Assembly (NCBI GenBank): GCA_041653875.1
Contig: JBAZEM010000003.1
Coordinates: 102,424-166,423, forward strand
Length of the DNA stretch: 64,000 nucleotides
Source of the DNA: Kiritimatiellia bacterium
GTDB taxonomy: Bacteria; Verrucomicrobiota; Kiritimatiellia; JAAZAB01
Direction: 5' to 3'
The notes under the pieces are model-generated. The model was not told where the DNA came from, ran no database searches, and worked only from the letters and a program-made list of their open reading frames with translations. Below are positions 9,831 through 19,643 of this stretch, piece by piece (the stretch's first letter is position 1; each line of letters opens with the position of its first letter). The position numbers were made by a program, and so were the translations under genes.

Positions 9831-9949
9831 GACTCGTTTTTCCGGCTTGCCATTAATTATGCGGCAGGGTTACAGCTTTCGGCGGGACCGGCTTCCGGCT
9901 TGTCTTCACGAGCATCTTTTTCGGAAAGGTTCATCAAGCCAACCCGATC

Positions 9950-10786
9950 TCATGCGCATACATCCGTCCTCACCAGGCGGTCGATCCGGCTGAGCAGGCG
10001 CCACAATTTCCTTAGCTGCGCAAACGGCAACTGGGTGTCCTTGTCGGACAACGCCTCGGCCGGATTGAGATGCGTTTCGATAAAGACAGCGTCACAACCC
10101 GCCGCCACGGCGGCCCGCGCCAGGGTGGCCGCCAGCCGGGCGTCGCCGCCGCTCCGGTCGCCCGCCCCGCCCGGCAACTGCACGCTGTGGGTGGCGTCGA
10201 ACACCACGGGATAGCCGAACTCCCGCAGGAGCGGCAGACTGCGCATATCGGCGACGAGATTATTGTAGCCGAAACTTACGCCCCGTTCCGTCACCACGAT
10301 TTGGCGATTGCCGGTGCTTTCCAGCTTGGCCAGGATGTTGCGAACATCGCTGGGCGCTAAAAACTGCCCCTTCTTGATATTGACCGGTTTGCCGCTGTGG
10401 CCCAACGCCAGGATCAGATCGGTCTGCCGGCACAGAAAGGCCGGGCACTGCAGCATGTCGGCTACGCGCGCCGCCAGCGGAACCTCGGTTTCGTCATGCA
10501 CGTCCGTCAATATCGGCAAGCCGTAACGGGATTTCACCTCCGCCAGAATGTCCAGTCCGCGCACCAGGCCCGGCCCGCGAAACGAGGCATGCGAGGAACG
10601 GTTGGCCTTGTCGAAGGAGGCCTTGAAGATCAAGGGAATGCACTCGGCTTCCGCCAGACGCGCCAGCCGGCCGGCCAGTTCCAGGCACTGCTTGCGGCTT
10701 TCGATGACACAAGGGCCGGCCATCAGCGCCAGGGGCTGGCCGTCACCGATCTTGAGATTGCCGACTTTGACTGTGCGATGCTTCAT
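9950..10786 (-). CDS. kdsA: 3-deoxy-8-phosphooctulonate (KDO8P) synthase
   Basis: 278 aa. DAHP-synthase-like TIM barrel, KdsA-type sequence (LMAGPCVIES, FKASFDKANRSS). Confidence 0.85.
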   Translation of the reverse strand: MKHRTVKVGNLKIGDGQPLALMAGPCVIESRKQCLELAGRLARLAEAECIPLIFKASFDKANRSSHASFRGPGLVRGLDILAEVKSRYGLPILTDVHDETEVPLAARVADMLQCPAFLCRQTDLILALGHSGKPVNIKKGQFLAPSDVRNILAKLESTGNRQIVVTERGVSFGYNNLVADMRSLPLLREFGYPVVFDATHSVQLPGGAGDRSGGDARLAATLARAAVAAGCDAVFIETHLNPAEALSDKDTQLPFAQLRKLWRLLSRIDRLVRTDVCA

Positions 10787-10840
10787 TGATTAGTCCACCG
10801 GTTCATAAGTTCGCCAACGTATCAACCGAAACACGAGATT

Positions 10841-10907
10841 CCTCGACTTCGCTACGCTCCACTCGAAATGACAGACGAAAAGTTGTCATCCCGAGCGAAG
10901 TCGAGGG
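10841..10907. terminator. Nested hairpin between kdsB stop and kdsA start
   Basis: cctcgacttcgct...agcgaagtcgagg 13-bp stem enclosing a second small stem (tgaca...tgtca). Terminator- or attenuator-like on the minus-strand transcript. Confidence 0.4.
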
Positions 10908-10949
10908 ATATCCATGCCGACCCATATCTCACTGTATCTACGCCGTCGG

Positions 10950-11699
10950 TTACGATGCCAACCCCATCTTGCGCAATATTTTTTCCACCACGGGCACGTC
11001 GGCGGGCGTATCCACGCCAACGCTCGGATGCCGGGTTTTCTCGACCTTGATGCGGCCGCCCAGATACAACGCCCGCAACTGTTCCAGGCATTCCGCGCGC
11101 TCCAACAAGCACGGCGGCGCGGCCACCAGTTTGTTCAAAAAGGCGGCGCGATATAAATAAATGCCGATATGCCGCCAATAGACCGGCTCCGCGGCATGAA
11201 AATCGCGCTCCCGAATATGGGGAATGGGGGCGCGCGAAAAATAGAGCGCGCGATCTTCCGCGTCCATCACGATTTTGCAAATCGTGACACTGAGCGCCTC
11301 CTCCGCCGCCGCCAGAGGCGCGGCCGCCGTTGCCATATCCCAGCCGGAATTTTTTAGCATAACCGCAATCAGGCGGTCAATCAAGTCCGGATCGATGAGC
11401 GGCTCATCGCCTTGAATGTTGACGACCACGTCCGCCGGATTGTGTCGCAGGGCCTCGGCCACGCGGTCGGTGCCGGAGGGATGATCGCCGCGCGTCATGA
11501 CAACCCGGCCGCCGAACGATTCCACGGCCTTGCGGATGCGGTCATCGTCCGTCGCCACGACCAGGTCGTCCAAGCGGCGGGCTTGCCGGCACCGCTCCAC
11601 GACCCACTGGATCAAGGGCTTGCCGCAGATCGGCGCCAGGCTCTTGCCCGGAAACCGGGTGGATCCCCAGCGTGACGGAATGACACCTGCGACACGCAT
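10950..11699 (-). CDS. kdsB: 3-deoxy-manno-octulosonate cytidylyltransferase (CMP-KDO synthetase)
   Basis: 249 aa. VIPSRWGSTRFPGKSLAPICGKPLIQWV and NIQGDEPL motifs of KdsB. Confidence 0.85.
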   Translation of the reverse strand: MRVAGVIPSRWGSTRFPGKSLAPICGKPLIQWVVERCRQARRLDDLVVATDDDRIRKAVESFGGRVVMTRGDHPSGTDRVAEALRHNPADVVVNIQGDEPLIDPDLIDRLIAVMLKNSGWDMATAAAPLAAAEEALSVTICKIVMDAEDRALYFSRAPIPHIRERDFHAAEPVYWRHIGIYLYRAAFLNKLVAAPPCLLERAECLEQLRALYLGGRIKVEKTRHPSVGVDTPADVPVVEKILRKMGLAS

Positions 11700-11740
11700 A
11701 AATCAGGCACCAAGGAACGAGGCAATTTTCATGTAGCCGC

Positions 11741-11930
11741 GGCGGTGACGCCGTGGCCGCCCGTCGTCGCCCCGGGGGCTATGGTGGGCAGGCCGAAGAA
11801 TCCACGCCCTTACGGGCGCGGCTACAAAGATTAAAATTCCTTAACGTTAAAACAGGTCTGCGGCAACTTTGCCGTTCTTACGAACGGCCTCTATGACGAT
11901 CCGGTGTAGTCGCGGTTCGTTAGAACCGCT
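11741..11930. repeat. Composite intergenic repeat: 'gaatccacgcccttacgggcgcggctac' module plus family C hairpin element (ggcaactttgccgttct..gaacggc..gtgtagtcgcggttcg.tagaaccgct)
   Basis: First module repeated at 34770-34815. Family C copies at 28317-28374, 45055-45126, 46495-46580, 57741-57833. Confidence 0.65.
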
Positions 11931-11933
11931 ATT

Positions 11934-13139
11934 TTATTTCTTCAGCGCCTTTTTGAATTCGCGGGTGAGCAGCGGGACGATTTTAAAGAGGTCGCCGACC
12001 AGACCGTAAGTCGCCATCCGGAAGATGGGCGCATCGGGATCCTTGTTGATTGCCACGATAATGTCGGAACTGGACATGCCCGCCAGGTGCTGGATTTGCC
12101 CGCTGATGCCACAGGCAATATAAATCTTGGGACAAACGGTCTTGCCGGTCTGGCCGACCTGGTGCGAATATGGAATCCAGCCCGCGTCCACGGCGGCGCG
12201 CGAGGATCCGACCCCGGCCCCCAGCGCTTCGGCCAATTCGCGGACGATCGCAAAATTCTCCGGCGCCTGCAGGCCGCGGCCGCCGGACACGATAATGTTG
12301 GCCTCCGCGATGTTGGCCGTGGTTTCCGTTTCCGGCACAAACCGCACGCGTTGGGCGCGGGATTTCAAGACTTCGGCGGCCACCTTCTCGATGATGGTCT
12401 CGCCCTGGCGCTTGACGTCAATCCCGGCCTCTTTCATGACCTTGTGACGCACGGTGGCCATCTGGGGCCGGTGCCTGGGCGTGATAATGGTGGCCATGAT
12501 GTTGCCGCCAAAGGCCGGGCGGGTCTGCAACAGGTTCTTCGTTTCCGGGTCGATGGCCAGGCCGGTGCAGTCGGCCGTAAGCCCCGCCTTGACGCGCACG
12601 GCCACGCGCGCCACCAGACTGCGCCCGATCGTGGTGGCCCCGCAAAGCATGATGGCGGGCTTATGCCGCCGAACAAGCTCGATAAGCACGGCGGCATAAG
12701 GCTCGTCCTGAAAATAGGCCAGTTCGGGCGCGTCCACCAGATAGACTCGGTCGGCCCCGCGCCGGGTGAGTTCCGCCGTCTGATCCGCCATCCGGTGGCC
12801 CAGCAATGCCGCGCACAGCTTCATGCCAAGCTGATCGGCCAGCTTGCGCCCTTCTCCCAAAAGCTCATAGGTAATGCTTTGAATATGGCCGTCTTTCTGC
12901 TCGGCAAAAACCCAGACATCGCGGTAAGCGCTCAGGTCCGCCGCCGCGGCCGCCGGTTTACGCATCGCGATGGCCTTGAACTTGCAGACCTCGACGCAGG
13001 CCCCGCAGAGTGTGCACTTGGCAAGATCGATGACCGCCAGCTTGCCCTGCATGGTTATGGCGCCGAACGGACAGGACTTGATGCAGAGCCGGCAACCGAC
13101 GCACTTATCTTTATCGATCGCAATAGGTTCGTTTTCCAT
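11934..13139 (-). CDS. etfA: Electron transfer flavoprotein alpha subunit with N-terminal 2x[4Fe-4S] ferredoxin domain (Fd-EtfA)
   Basis: CVGCRLCIKSCP and CTLCGACVEVC ferredoxin motifs, followed by EtfA FAD-binding domain (PKIYIACGISGQIQHLAG). Confidence 0.8.
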   Translation of the reverse strand: MENEPIAIDKDKCVGCRLCIKSCPFGAITMQGKLAVIDLAKCTLCGACVEVCKFKAIAMRKPAAAAADLSAYRDVWVFAEQKDGHIQSITYELLGEGRKLADQLGMKLCAALLGHRMADQTAELTRRGADRVYLVDAPELAYFQDEPYAAVLIELVRRHKPAIMLCGATTIGRSLVARVAVRVKAGLTADCTGLAIDPETKNLLQTRPAFGGNIMATIITPRHRPQMATVRHKVMKEAGIDVKRQGETIIEKVAAEVLKSRAQRVRFVPETETTANIAEANIIVSGGRGLQAPENFAIVRELAEALGAGVGSSRAAVDAGWIPYSHQVGQTGKTVCPKIYIACGISGQIQHLAGMSSSDIIVAINKDPDAPIFRMATYGLVGDLFKIVPLLTREFKKALKK

Positions 13140-13200
13140 GAATACTCTCCTGGTAACTATTCAGCGATCATGCTCCACTGAACACCGAACACCTCCGTAA

Positions 13201-13995
13201 TTACGAGGCCGCGGCAATCACGGCATCCTTCAGTTTCGCGACCACCTGCGGCACAATTTCCTCGGGCTCCCCCTTGAAGATCTGCCCGCCCTGCCGGGCC
13301 GGCGGCGTGAAAATTTTAACTACTTTGGTCGGCGACCCGTCCAAGCCCATGCCGGCTTTTTCGCCCTGGAGATCGTCCGCTTTCCAATGCGTGATTTGCG
13401 CTTTCTTGGCGGCCAACTTGCCCTTGAGTGACGGCAAACGCGGCTCGTTGATTTCCTTGACAACCGTCAACATGCAAGGCACCGGCGCGCGGATCGCTTC
13501 GGAGCCCTCTTCCAGGAGCCGTTCGCCGATCACATACTCGGCGCTGACTTCCTCGATCTTGCGCACATAGGTGATTTGAGGCAGGTCCAGATGGGCGGCG
13601 ATGCCGGGGCCTACCTGGGCGGTGTCGCCGTCCGAGGCCTGTTTGCCGCACAGGATCAGGCCGTAATCGCCTATTTTTTTCAAGGCCAGGGCCAGCGTAT
13701 AGCTGGTGGCCCAGGTGTCACTGCCGGCGAACGCCCGATCGGAAACCAGGATGCCGGCATCCACGCCCATGGCAATGGCCTCGCGCAAGGCGTTCTCGGC
13801 CTGGGGCGGCCCCATGGTAATGGCCGTGACCTTGCCGCCCAGTTTCTCCTTCAGGCGCAGACTCTCTTCGATGGCGTACATATCGAAGGGATTGACGATC
13901 GAAACGACGCCTTCCCGGATCAGCGTATTGGTCTTGGGGTCAATCTTGACGTCCGCCGTATCCGGCACCTGCTTGATACAAACCACGATATGCAT
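13201..13995 (-). CDS. etfB: Electron transfer flavoprotein beta subunit
   Basis: MHIVVCIKQVPDT... canonical EtfB N-terminus. ATG at 13995 with GGGGAG upstream. The longer ORF to 14058 is an extension. Confidence 0.8.
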   Translation of the reverse strand: MHIVVCIKQVPDTADVKIDPKTNTLIREGVVSIVNPFDMYAIEESLRLKEKLGGKVTAITMGPPQAENALREAIAMGVDAGILVSDRAFAGSDTWATSYTLALALKKIGDYGLILCGKQASDGDTAQVGPGIAAHLDLPQITYVRKIEEVSAEYVIGERLLEEGSEAIRAPVPCMLTVVKEINEPRLPSLKGKLAAKKAQITHWKADDLQGEKAGMGLDGSPTKVVKIFTPPARQGGQIFKGEPEEIVPQVVAKLKDAVIAAAS

Positions 13996-14390
13996 AGGCT
14001 CCCCATTTCGATTTTTATGCGGGCATCGAATTTTAAATTTCCGATCGGAAATCGGCAATTAAAGATCACTCGCTGAATCGCTCGATGAATCAACCCTACC
14101 GGCTTGGCGCATACTTGTCAAGCGCCCCCAAATCATCGCCTAAGACCGGCGGACTGTTTTGCGAACGCGCTTTTCACCCTGTGCCCGCGCGGCGGTCGAG
14201 GCCGTCCGCCTTCCATGAGAAGGCATCGCGTGAATCGCGATAATGGTTCATGGAGGGCGACGGGCTCCGTCGCCGTACGGACGCGTGGTTCACGCCGGGT
14301 TCTTGGCAAGATGGCTCATCCTTAGGCGAGGATCAGGGGAAGCGGCAGACAATTGACATCGGACCGTGACACTCTACAATATATTCCGTT

Positions 14391-15731
14391 ATGCACAACC
14401 CCCGTCACCGTGTGCCGCTGATCCTTGTCGCCGGGTCGGCCATCCTGTTGATTGCCGGCGTGGCTGTCGGCAACCTTTGGCTGCTCGTCAGCCTGTATAA
14501 AAGCACGGCGCGCTCATCCGCGACGCTCTCCGCCATCCAATACGGGCTCCTGGTGACAAAGAACCTGGAGCAACAGACGTTTTTCAGCGGAAACTCCATC
14601 GGCAAGGAAGACGCCGAGCAGTTCGGACAAATAGTGGCGGCCTTGCAAATGGTGGACCCCGGCTTGGAATATGTGTCGGTCAGCGAGGACGGCGTCATTG
14701 TCTATCAAAAGCAAGCGCGCCTTGCATTGGAACCGGGGATATTTAACGACGCAACCGCCAATCGTCCGGCAACGATAAGCATGGGACGGAAAAAACTATT
14801 GGTTGGCACAAACATGATTCCCGTAATCACGTTCACCCGCGCCGTCCGCTCTCCCGAAGGCCGTGTGCGCGACCTGCAGGTGGCCTTCCGCAAAGACATA
14901 TTTGAGCGCGAACATGCGGGCGCCGCCACGGCTGTGGCCACGATGTTTAAGATGTCGATCCTGACTTTGCTGATTTCGTTCGGCCTTTGCCTGCTGGCGG
15001 TCATCGGTCTGGTCCGGCGCGAGCTGATCTGGCAGAAACGCCAACAACTGAACGAGCACCTCTCCTTTGCGGGCGCCATGGCCGGCAGTATTATTCACGA
15101 TTTTCGGAATCCCATGTCGGCCATGCGGCTGGATGCCCAACTCCTCCAGCATGAAATCGCCAAGGGCGCCGCCGGGCGCCCCGAGCGGCTGTTGGACCTG
15201 GCCGGCCGCATTACGCAAACGATCGACCGGATGGACACCCTGCTGGGAGAATTTCTGGTGATTTACAAGCCGGATGCCGCAACCCATGAACGATTTGACC
15301 TTAACGCCGGCGTGCAGGATTGCATTGAGCTGGTCAAACACCGGTTTGCCAAAGCCCGCATCCAAGTTGTCCTTGAACTCGCGCCAACGCCGCTTTACGT
15401 CCAAGGCTATCCCGTGCAATTCAAACGGGCGCTGTCGAATGTGTTGAATAACGCCGAGCACTTTTCGCCCGTGGACAGCACCGTTACGGTGCAAACCCGG
15501 CAGGAGCAGAAGCAAGCGATTGTGACCGTCACCGACGAGGGTCCCGGCATTCCCGCGGCCGACCGCAAGCGCATCTTCGAGATTTTCTTTTCCAGGCGTC
15601 CCGGCGGCACGGGCATCGGCCTGGCCCTGGCCAAAACCGCCGTGGAAAACTGCGGCGGCACGATCGATGTGGCAACGCCGGACTCCGCCAAAGGCAGCCG
15701 GTTTGTCATCCGGATTCCGATGCAGGCATGA
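14391..15731 (+). CDS. Sensor histidine kinase (TM sensor + HisKA + HATPase_c)
   Basis: H-box HDFRNPMSAMRL. G-boxes GTGIGLALAK...GGTIDV. Two TM segments flank a periplasmic region. Confidence 0.8.
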   Translation: MHNPRHRVPLILVAGSAILLIAGVAVGNLWLLVSLYKSTARSSATLSAIQYGLLVTKNLEQQTFFSGNSIGKEDAEQFGQIVAALQMVDPGLEYVSVSEDGVIVYQKQARLALEPGIFNDATANRPATISMGRKKLLVGTNMIPVITFTRAVRSPEGRVRDLQVAFRKDIFEREHAGAATAVATMFKMSILTLLISFGLCLLAVIGLVRRELIWQKRQQLNEHLSFAGAMAGSIIHDFRNPMSAMRLDAQLLQHEIAKGAAGRPERLLDLAGRITQTIDRMDTLLGEFLVIYKPDAATHERFDLNAGVQDCIELVKHRFAKARIQVVLELAPTPLYVQGYPVQFKRALSNVLNNAEHFSPVDSTVTVQTRQEQKQAIVTVTDEGPGIPAADRKRIFEIFFSRRPGGTGIGLALAKTAVENCGGTIDVATPDSAKGSRFVIRIPMQA

Positions 15732-15856
15732 CCGGCGGCCCTGCTGTCAAAATTCAAATTGCTTTGCGACAGCAGTGATATTTGAAGCGCGCACAAAGAA
15801 GGATTGCGTTTTGGCGGCGGTCATATTATGGTTCCGGCCTTGCGAAAGGATGATAT

Positions 15857-16420
15857 ATGGCCGGCATTTGGAAGCAGTTCGCCCAGCGGGAAGCATCGTC
15901 CCTGATTCAGTTCGTTAAATACGCGATTTGCGGCGGGGCGGCGGTAACGGTGCACGTCATCGTTTTCTTCCTGCTCTCCTGGCTGATCATCCCCGCGCTC
16001 AACGACAAGGATATCCTTGTCCGGCTGTTGCATCTCGCGGCGGTCGACATCAGCGACGCCCTGCGCGCGCGCAACGCCATGATCAACAACATCCTGGCTT
16101 TTCTGTTCTCCAACCTGGCGGCCTACATCCTGAATATCCTCTGGGTTTTCGAATCCGGCCGTCGTTACCAGTTGTTGGATTCGGTCTTGCGCAAACTGGG
16201 GCTTATTCGGCGCGCGCGACTGAGCGCCTGGGCCCACCGCGCGGCGGAGGTGGCCCTGTTTTACGCCGTATCGGGTATTTCCATCGCGATCGGCACATTC
16301 CTGATGGGCGTAATGATCAACCAGTGGCATTGCACGACCACGGTGGCCTTCGGCGCGGAATGCGTGGTCGCGGCCCTGATCAATTTCGCCCTGCGGAAGT
16401 TCATGATCTTCAAGGGCTGA
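15857..16420 (+). CDS. GtrA-family membrane protein
   Basis: 187 aa, four predicted TM helices, VKYAICGGAAVTVHVIVFFLL GtrA-like N-terminus. Confidence 0.55.
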   Translation: MAGIWKQFAQREASSLIQFVKYAICGGAAVTVHVIVFFLLSWLIIPALNDKDILVRLLHLAAVDISDALRARNAMINNILAFLFSNLAAYILNILWVFESGRRYQLLDSVLRKLGLIRRARLSAWAHRAAEVALFYAVSGISIAIGTFLMGVMINQWHCTTTVAFGAECVVAALINFALRKFMIFKG

Positions 16421-17309
16421 TCCGCGTTCGCAGGATCGAGAGCGCCGTGGCCCGCGCCGGATTGCCGATTTCGAGGTGGTATTGCATAAAAAGTCCCAGG
16501 ATCCTCTCAAGTTCCTTCGTTTGCCGGGGCGTGCAGGCCGCGCTTTGCGCCGAGCGCCAGGAGCGCGACGACTGCCAGAAGCGGAGCATCCCCAGAATGT
16601 CAGGCGCGATCGGCAGCGCCTCTGCGCCGGCCGCCGGCGCGCACGTTTTGCAAAGAACGCCTCCGCGCCCACAGGAGAACACGGCCGCCTCACGCGCGCC
16701 GGCGGCAGTCTCCCGGCGGCCATTTGTCGTCCCGCCTGCCGCGCCCGCAACGCTGTCGCGTAGCGACTGCGGGCAGGCAACACCGGGCGCAGCGCTGCGG
16801 GCAGGCTGCCATCTGCCGTCTGTCTTCAGCGGATGGCGGCAGATCAGGCATTCGTTGAGTTGCGGAGAAAAGCCCATGAGCTGCATGAGTTTAAATTCGA
16901 ACCAGAACATGCCGATCTCCAGGGCCGATTGATCGGAGAAATAATCGAGGGCCATATCCAGCAGACGGAAGAGTTCCGGATGCGGCGCATATAGCGGCGA
17001 AATCCGCGCGACCAGTTCGGCAAAGTAGGAGGCACACGCCGTCGAGCGCCAACGCGACCGCAAGGGCGTGCGCGGCTTGAGCGGCGAGCATTCCTTGACG
17101 ATGTGCAGTCCCCGGAACAGGCGCAGGTAAACCAGCAGTTCGCAGGTATAGAACAAGTCCACCTGACCAACGAACGGACTGCGGCGGCGATGGGCGCCCT
17201 TGATGATCGTGGCGATCTTGCCGTGGTCGCTGGTCAACCACAGAACCACACGGGAGGTTTCCGAGAAAGGAATCATCCGCAAGACAATGGCCTGGGTTTT
17301 GACGATCAT
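16410..17309 (-). CDS. recO: DNA repair protein RecO
   Basis: N-terminal OB fold (MIVKTQAIVLRMIPFSETSRVV). C-terminal Cys4 zinc finger (CLICRH...C..C). Confidence 0.7.
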   Translation of the reverse strand: MIVKTQAIVLRMIPFSETSRVVLWLTSDHGKIATIIKGAHRRRSPFVGQVDLFYTCELLVYLRLFRGLHIVKECSPLKPRTPLRSRWRSTACASYFAELVARISPLYAPHPELFRLLDMALDYFSDQSALEIGMFWFEFKLMQLMGFSPQLNECLICRHPLKTDGRWQPARSAAPGVACPQSLRDSVAGAAGGTTNGRRETAAGAREAAVFSCGRGGVLCKTCAPAAGAEALPIAPDILGMLRFWQSSRSWRSAQSAACTPRQTKELERILGLFMQYHLEIGNPARATALSILRTRISP

Positions 17310-17404
17310 AGGCTGAAGGCTGCGGACTGTAAGCGGTTGTGAAAATCAGGGCAAAGAGATACTGGTTCCTCGTTCTTCGTTCCGACTTCTGCATTCTGCA
17401 TTCT

Positions 17405-17887
17405 TCATTCTGCATTTCTTCCCAAGAGTTCCGTCATAAGACCGGCCCGCCGGGCTTGGGCCAGCCAGCGCAATTCCCGCCGGCGCATGCGGCGCCGTTG
17501 CGCGCGCGTGCGATCGTCGGCCCCGGCCAGGTGGTCGCAGCCATGCGCCAGGTAGAGGGCCAATTCATCGGACACCTTGCCTGCGGCGCGCGCGCCTTCC
17601 TCCAGCGCCCGTTGAACATTGAGATGAATCTCGCCGCAGGCGCCCGCGCCGCCGCCGGGCATGGGCGCGAGCGTGAATGTAATGACATCCGTTGCGCGCG
17701 CGTGGTCGAGAAAAGTCCGGTTGACCGGGGTGATCCCGGCGTCATCGGTCAGCACCACGGACACCCCGGCCCACGCACATTCAGGACGCAGGCGGCCGGC
17801 CCGGAGCATGAAAAAACGCGCCAGCGCCGTCAACTTACGAACGTTCGGGCGGCGTTTCGTCTGCCGATTGTGAACGAATATTTTCAT
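17405..17887 (-). CDS. ybeY: rRNA maturation endoribonuclease YbeY
   Basis: HGCDHLAGADD metal-binding motif (H..H.....D). ATG at 17887. Confidence 0.75.
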   Translation of the reverse strand: MKIFVHNRQTKRRPNVRKLTALARFFMLRAGRLRPECAWAGVSVVLTDDAGITPVNRTFLDHARATDVITFTLAPMPGGGAGACGEIHLNVQRALEEGARAAGKVSDELALYLAHGCDHLAGADDRTRAQRRRMRRRELRWLAQARRAGLMTELLGRNAE

Positions 17888-19643
17888 TGCTGGGATAGGC
17901 CACACGCCCATGCAGGATGTTGCTCAAGGTTAAAATCAGCGCGCGCCGGATGGCATTGATTTCCGCCAGGGTCAGGTCGCAGGCATCCAGTTGGCCGTCC
18001 CGAAGCTTGGAATCCATTACATCGCGCACCAGGTCTTCCATGTTGCCGGGCGTAATCTTTTCCAACGACCGCGAGGCGGCCTCGATTGCGTCCGCCAAAC
18101 TCAACACGGCAATTTCACGGGACTGCGGCTTGGGACCGGGATAGCGGAAGTCCTCTTCCTTCACACCGGACGAGGCCGTATCGGGCGCGGCTTCGCCGCG
18201 CTGGACATTGGCCTTATGATAGAAATAAAACACCAGGCCCGAGCCGTGGTGCTGTTGAATGGCCTCGACCACCGCCCGGGGCAACTTGTAACGCAAGGCC
18301 AGGTTGACGCCCTCCTTGACGTGGGAAATGATGAGCAAAGTACTCATGCTGGGCGACAAATCGTCATGCGGATTTTGGCCGTACTGGATATTTTCGGAAA
18401 AGAAGGCGGGCTTGACCAGCTTGCCGATGTCATGGAAATAGGCGCAGATTCCGGCGCGCAGCGCATTGCCGCCGATGGCGGTCACGGCGGCCTGTGTCAG
18501 GTTGGCCACCATCAGGCTGTGGTGATAGGTGCCGGGGGCCTCGATCGCCAGGCGTTTCAACAAGGGATGTTCGAGATCCGAAAGCTCCAGGAGCGAAATA
18601 TCCGTGGAAATCCCGAAGATGAGTTCCAGGAGCGGAAGCAGGAGCATGGCGGCCAAAGCCGAGAACACGCCGCCGGCTATGCTCGCCAGGCACAAGGGAA
18701 TCACGGCTTCGAAGCCGGGCATCCTGATGGCGGCGAATCCGGCGACGCCGGCGGCGCCCGCCAGTCCGGCCCACAGTCCGATCCGGAAAATCTTCGAACG
18801 TGTTCTTACCGCCTGCGCAAAACGGACCGTAACGGCGGTCACGATCAGCCCCGTCACAAACACACTGATCCGGTAATCGGCCAGCCCGGCGGCGACAAAA
18901 CTAACCCAGAAACCCACCACAACACCGGCCAATGGACCGACCAATATTGACATCAAGAGCGGCGCCAGCGCCAAGGGCATAAGCGCCTCCACCAATGGGG
19001 TGAGCCAAGGCAGGCGATCGAACTCCATCCACAACAACCATTTGACTGGCGCCAGGCTCAGGAGCGAAACCAAAAGGAACAGGAGGATCATCGAGTTCGA
19101 CGAGATGACCCGCGGCGGAAGCCGGGCTTTGCCGGACGCGCCGAGCTCCGCGGTGCGTCCGAATTCGCCAAAGTCCGGAGCGCTTCCCGCACCGTCAAGG
19201 CAAACAAAGCGAAAGACAATGGCCGTGACCATTACGCCAAGCAAGAGAAGAAGTCCGTCGCCGGCCAGCTTTTGCAGTCGGTTCGAAAACGGTTCGTTCT
19301 CCTTGGCGAGCGCCTGGTAGCGCCGGATTTTTGCGAGCGCGACCGCATCCCCCATCTGCCCGCGCGGCACAAGCTCGGCGCCGGCGGACACGCCCCTTGC
19401 AGACAATACGCGCCCGGGTGTAAGCCGGCTTGCCCGCCCCGCGCCAAGGCCTTGGTCGGCAGGCCCGCCGCTGTTAGCCACCATTTGCAGGAGAAACGCC
19501 GTTAACCATACCAAAAACCAGCATCCCAAGCCCATGGCCGGTTTGTTGACAAAGGCCAAAACACCTTTGTCGGGCGCCTGACCGGATGGGCGCAGACGCT
19601 TTTTGGCGCCTTTAAGGAACAGTTTGGAAAACGCAAAGATCAT
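17835..19643 (-). CDS. 7TM receptor with intracellular HD hydrolase domain (PgpH/YqfF-like)
   Basis: Seven predicted TM helices followed by HD domain (HHSLMVANL...FHDIGK). Conserved position upstream of ybeY. ATG at 19643 overlaps the aminotransferase stop as ATGA. The first 153 codons of the listed ORF are extension. Confidence 0.7.
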   Translation of the reverse strand: MIFAFSKLFLKGAKKRLRPSGQAPDKGVLAFVNKPAMGLGCWFLVWLTAFLLQMVANSGGPADQGLGAGRASRLTPGRVLSARGVSAGAELVPRGQMGDAVALAKIRRYQALAKENEPFSNRLQKLAGDGLLLLLGVMVTAIVFRFVCLDGAGSAPDFGEFGRTAELGASGKARLPPRVISSNSMILLFLLVSLLSLAPVKWLLWMEFDRLPWLTPLVEALMPLALAPLLMSILVGPLAGVVVGFWVSFVAAGLADYRISVFVTGLIVTAVTVRFAQAVRTRSKIFRIGLWAGLAGAAGVAGFAAIRMPGFEAVIPLCLASIAGGVFSALAAMLLLPLLELIFGISTDISLLELSDLEHPLLKRLAIEAPGTYHHSLMVANLTQAAVTAIGGNALRAGICAYFHDIGKLVKPAFFSENIQYGQNPHDDLSPSMSTLLIISHVKEGVNLALRYKLPRAVVEAIQQHHGSGLVFYFYHKANVQRGEAAPDTASSGVKEEDFRYPGPKPQSREIAVLSLADAIEAASRSLEKITPGNMEDLVRDVMDSKLRDGQLDACDLTLAEINAIRRALILTLSNILHGRVAYPSNENIRSQSADETPPERS

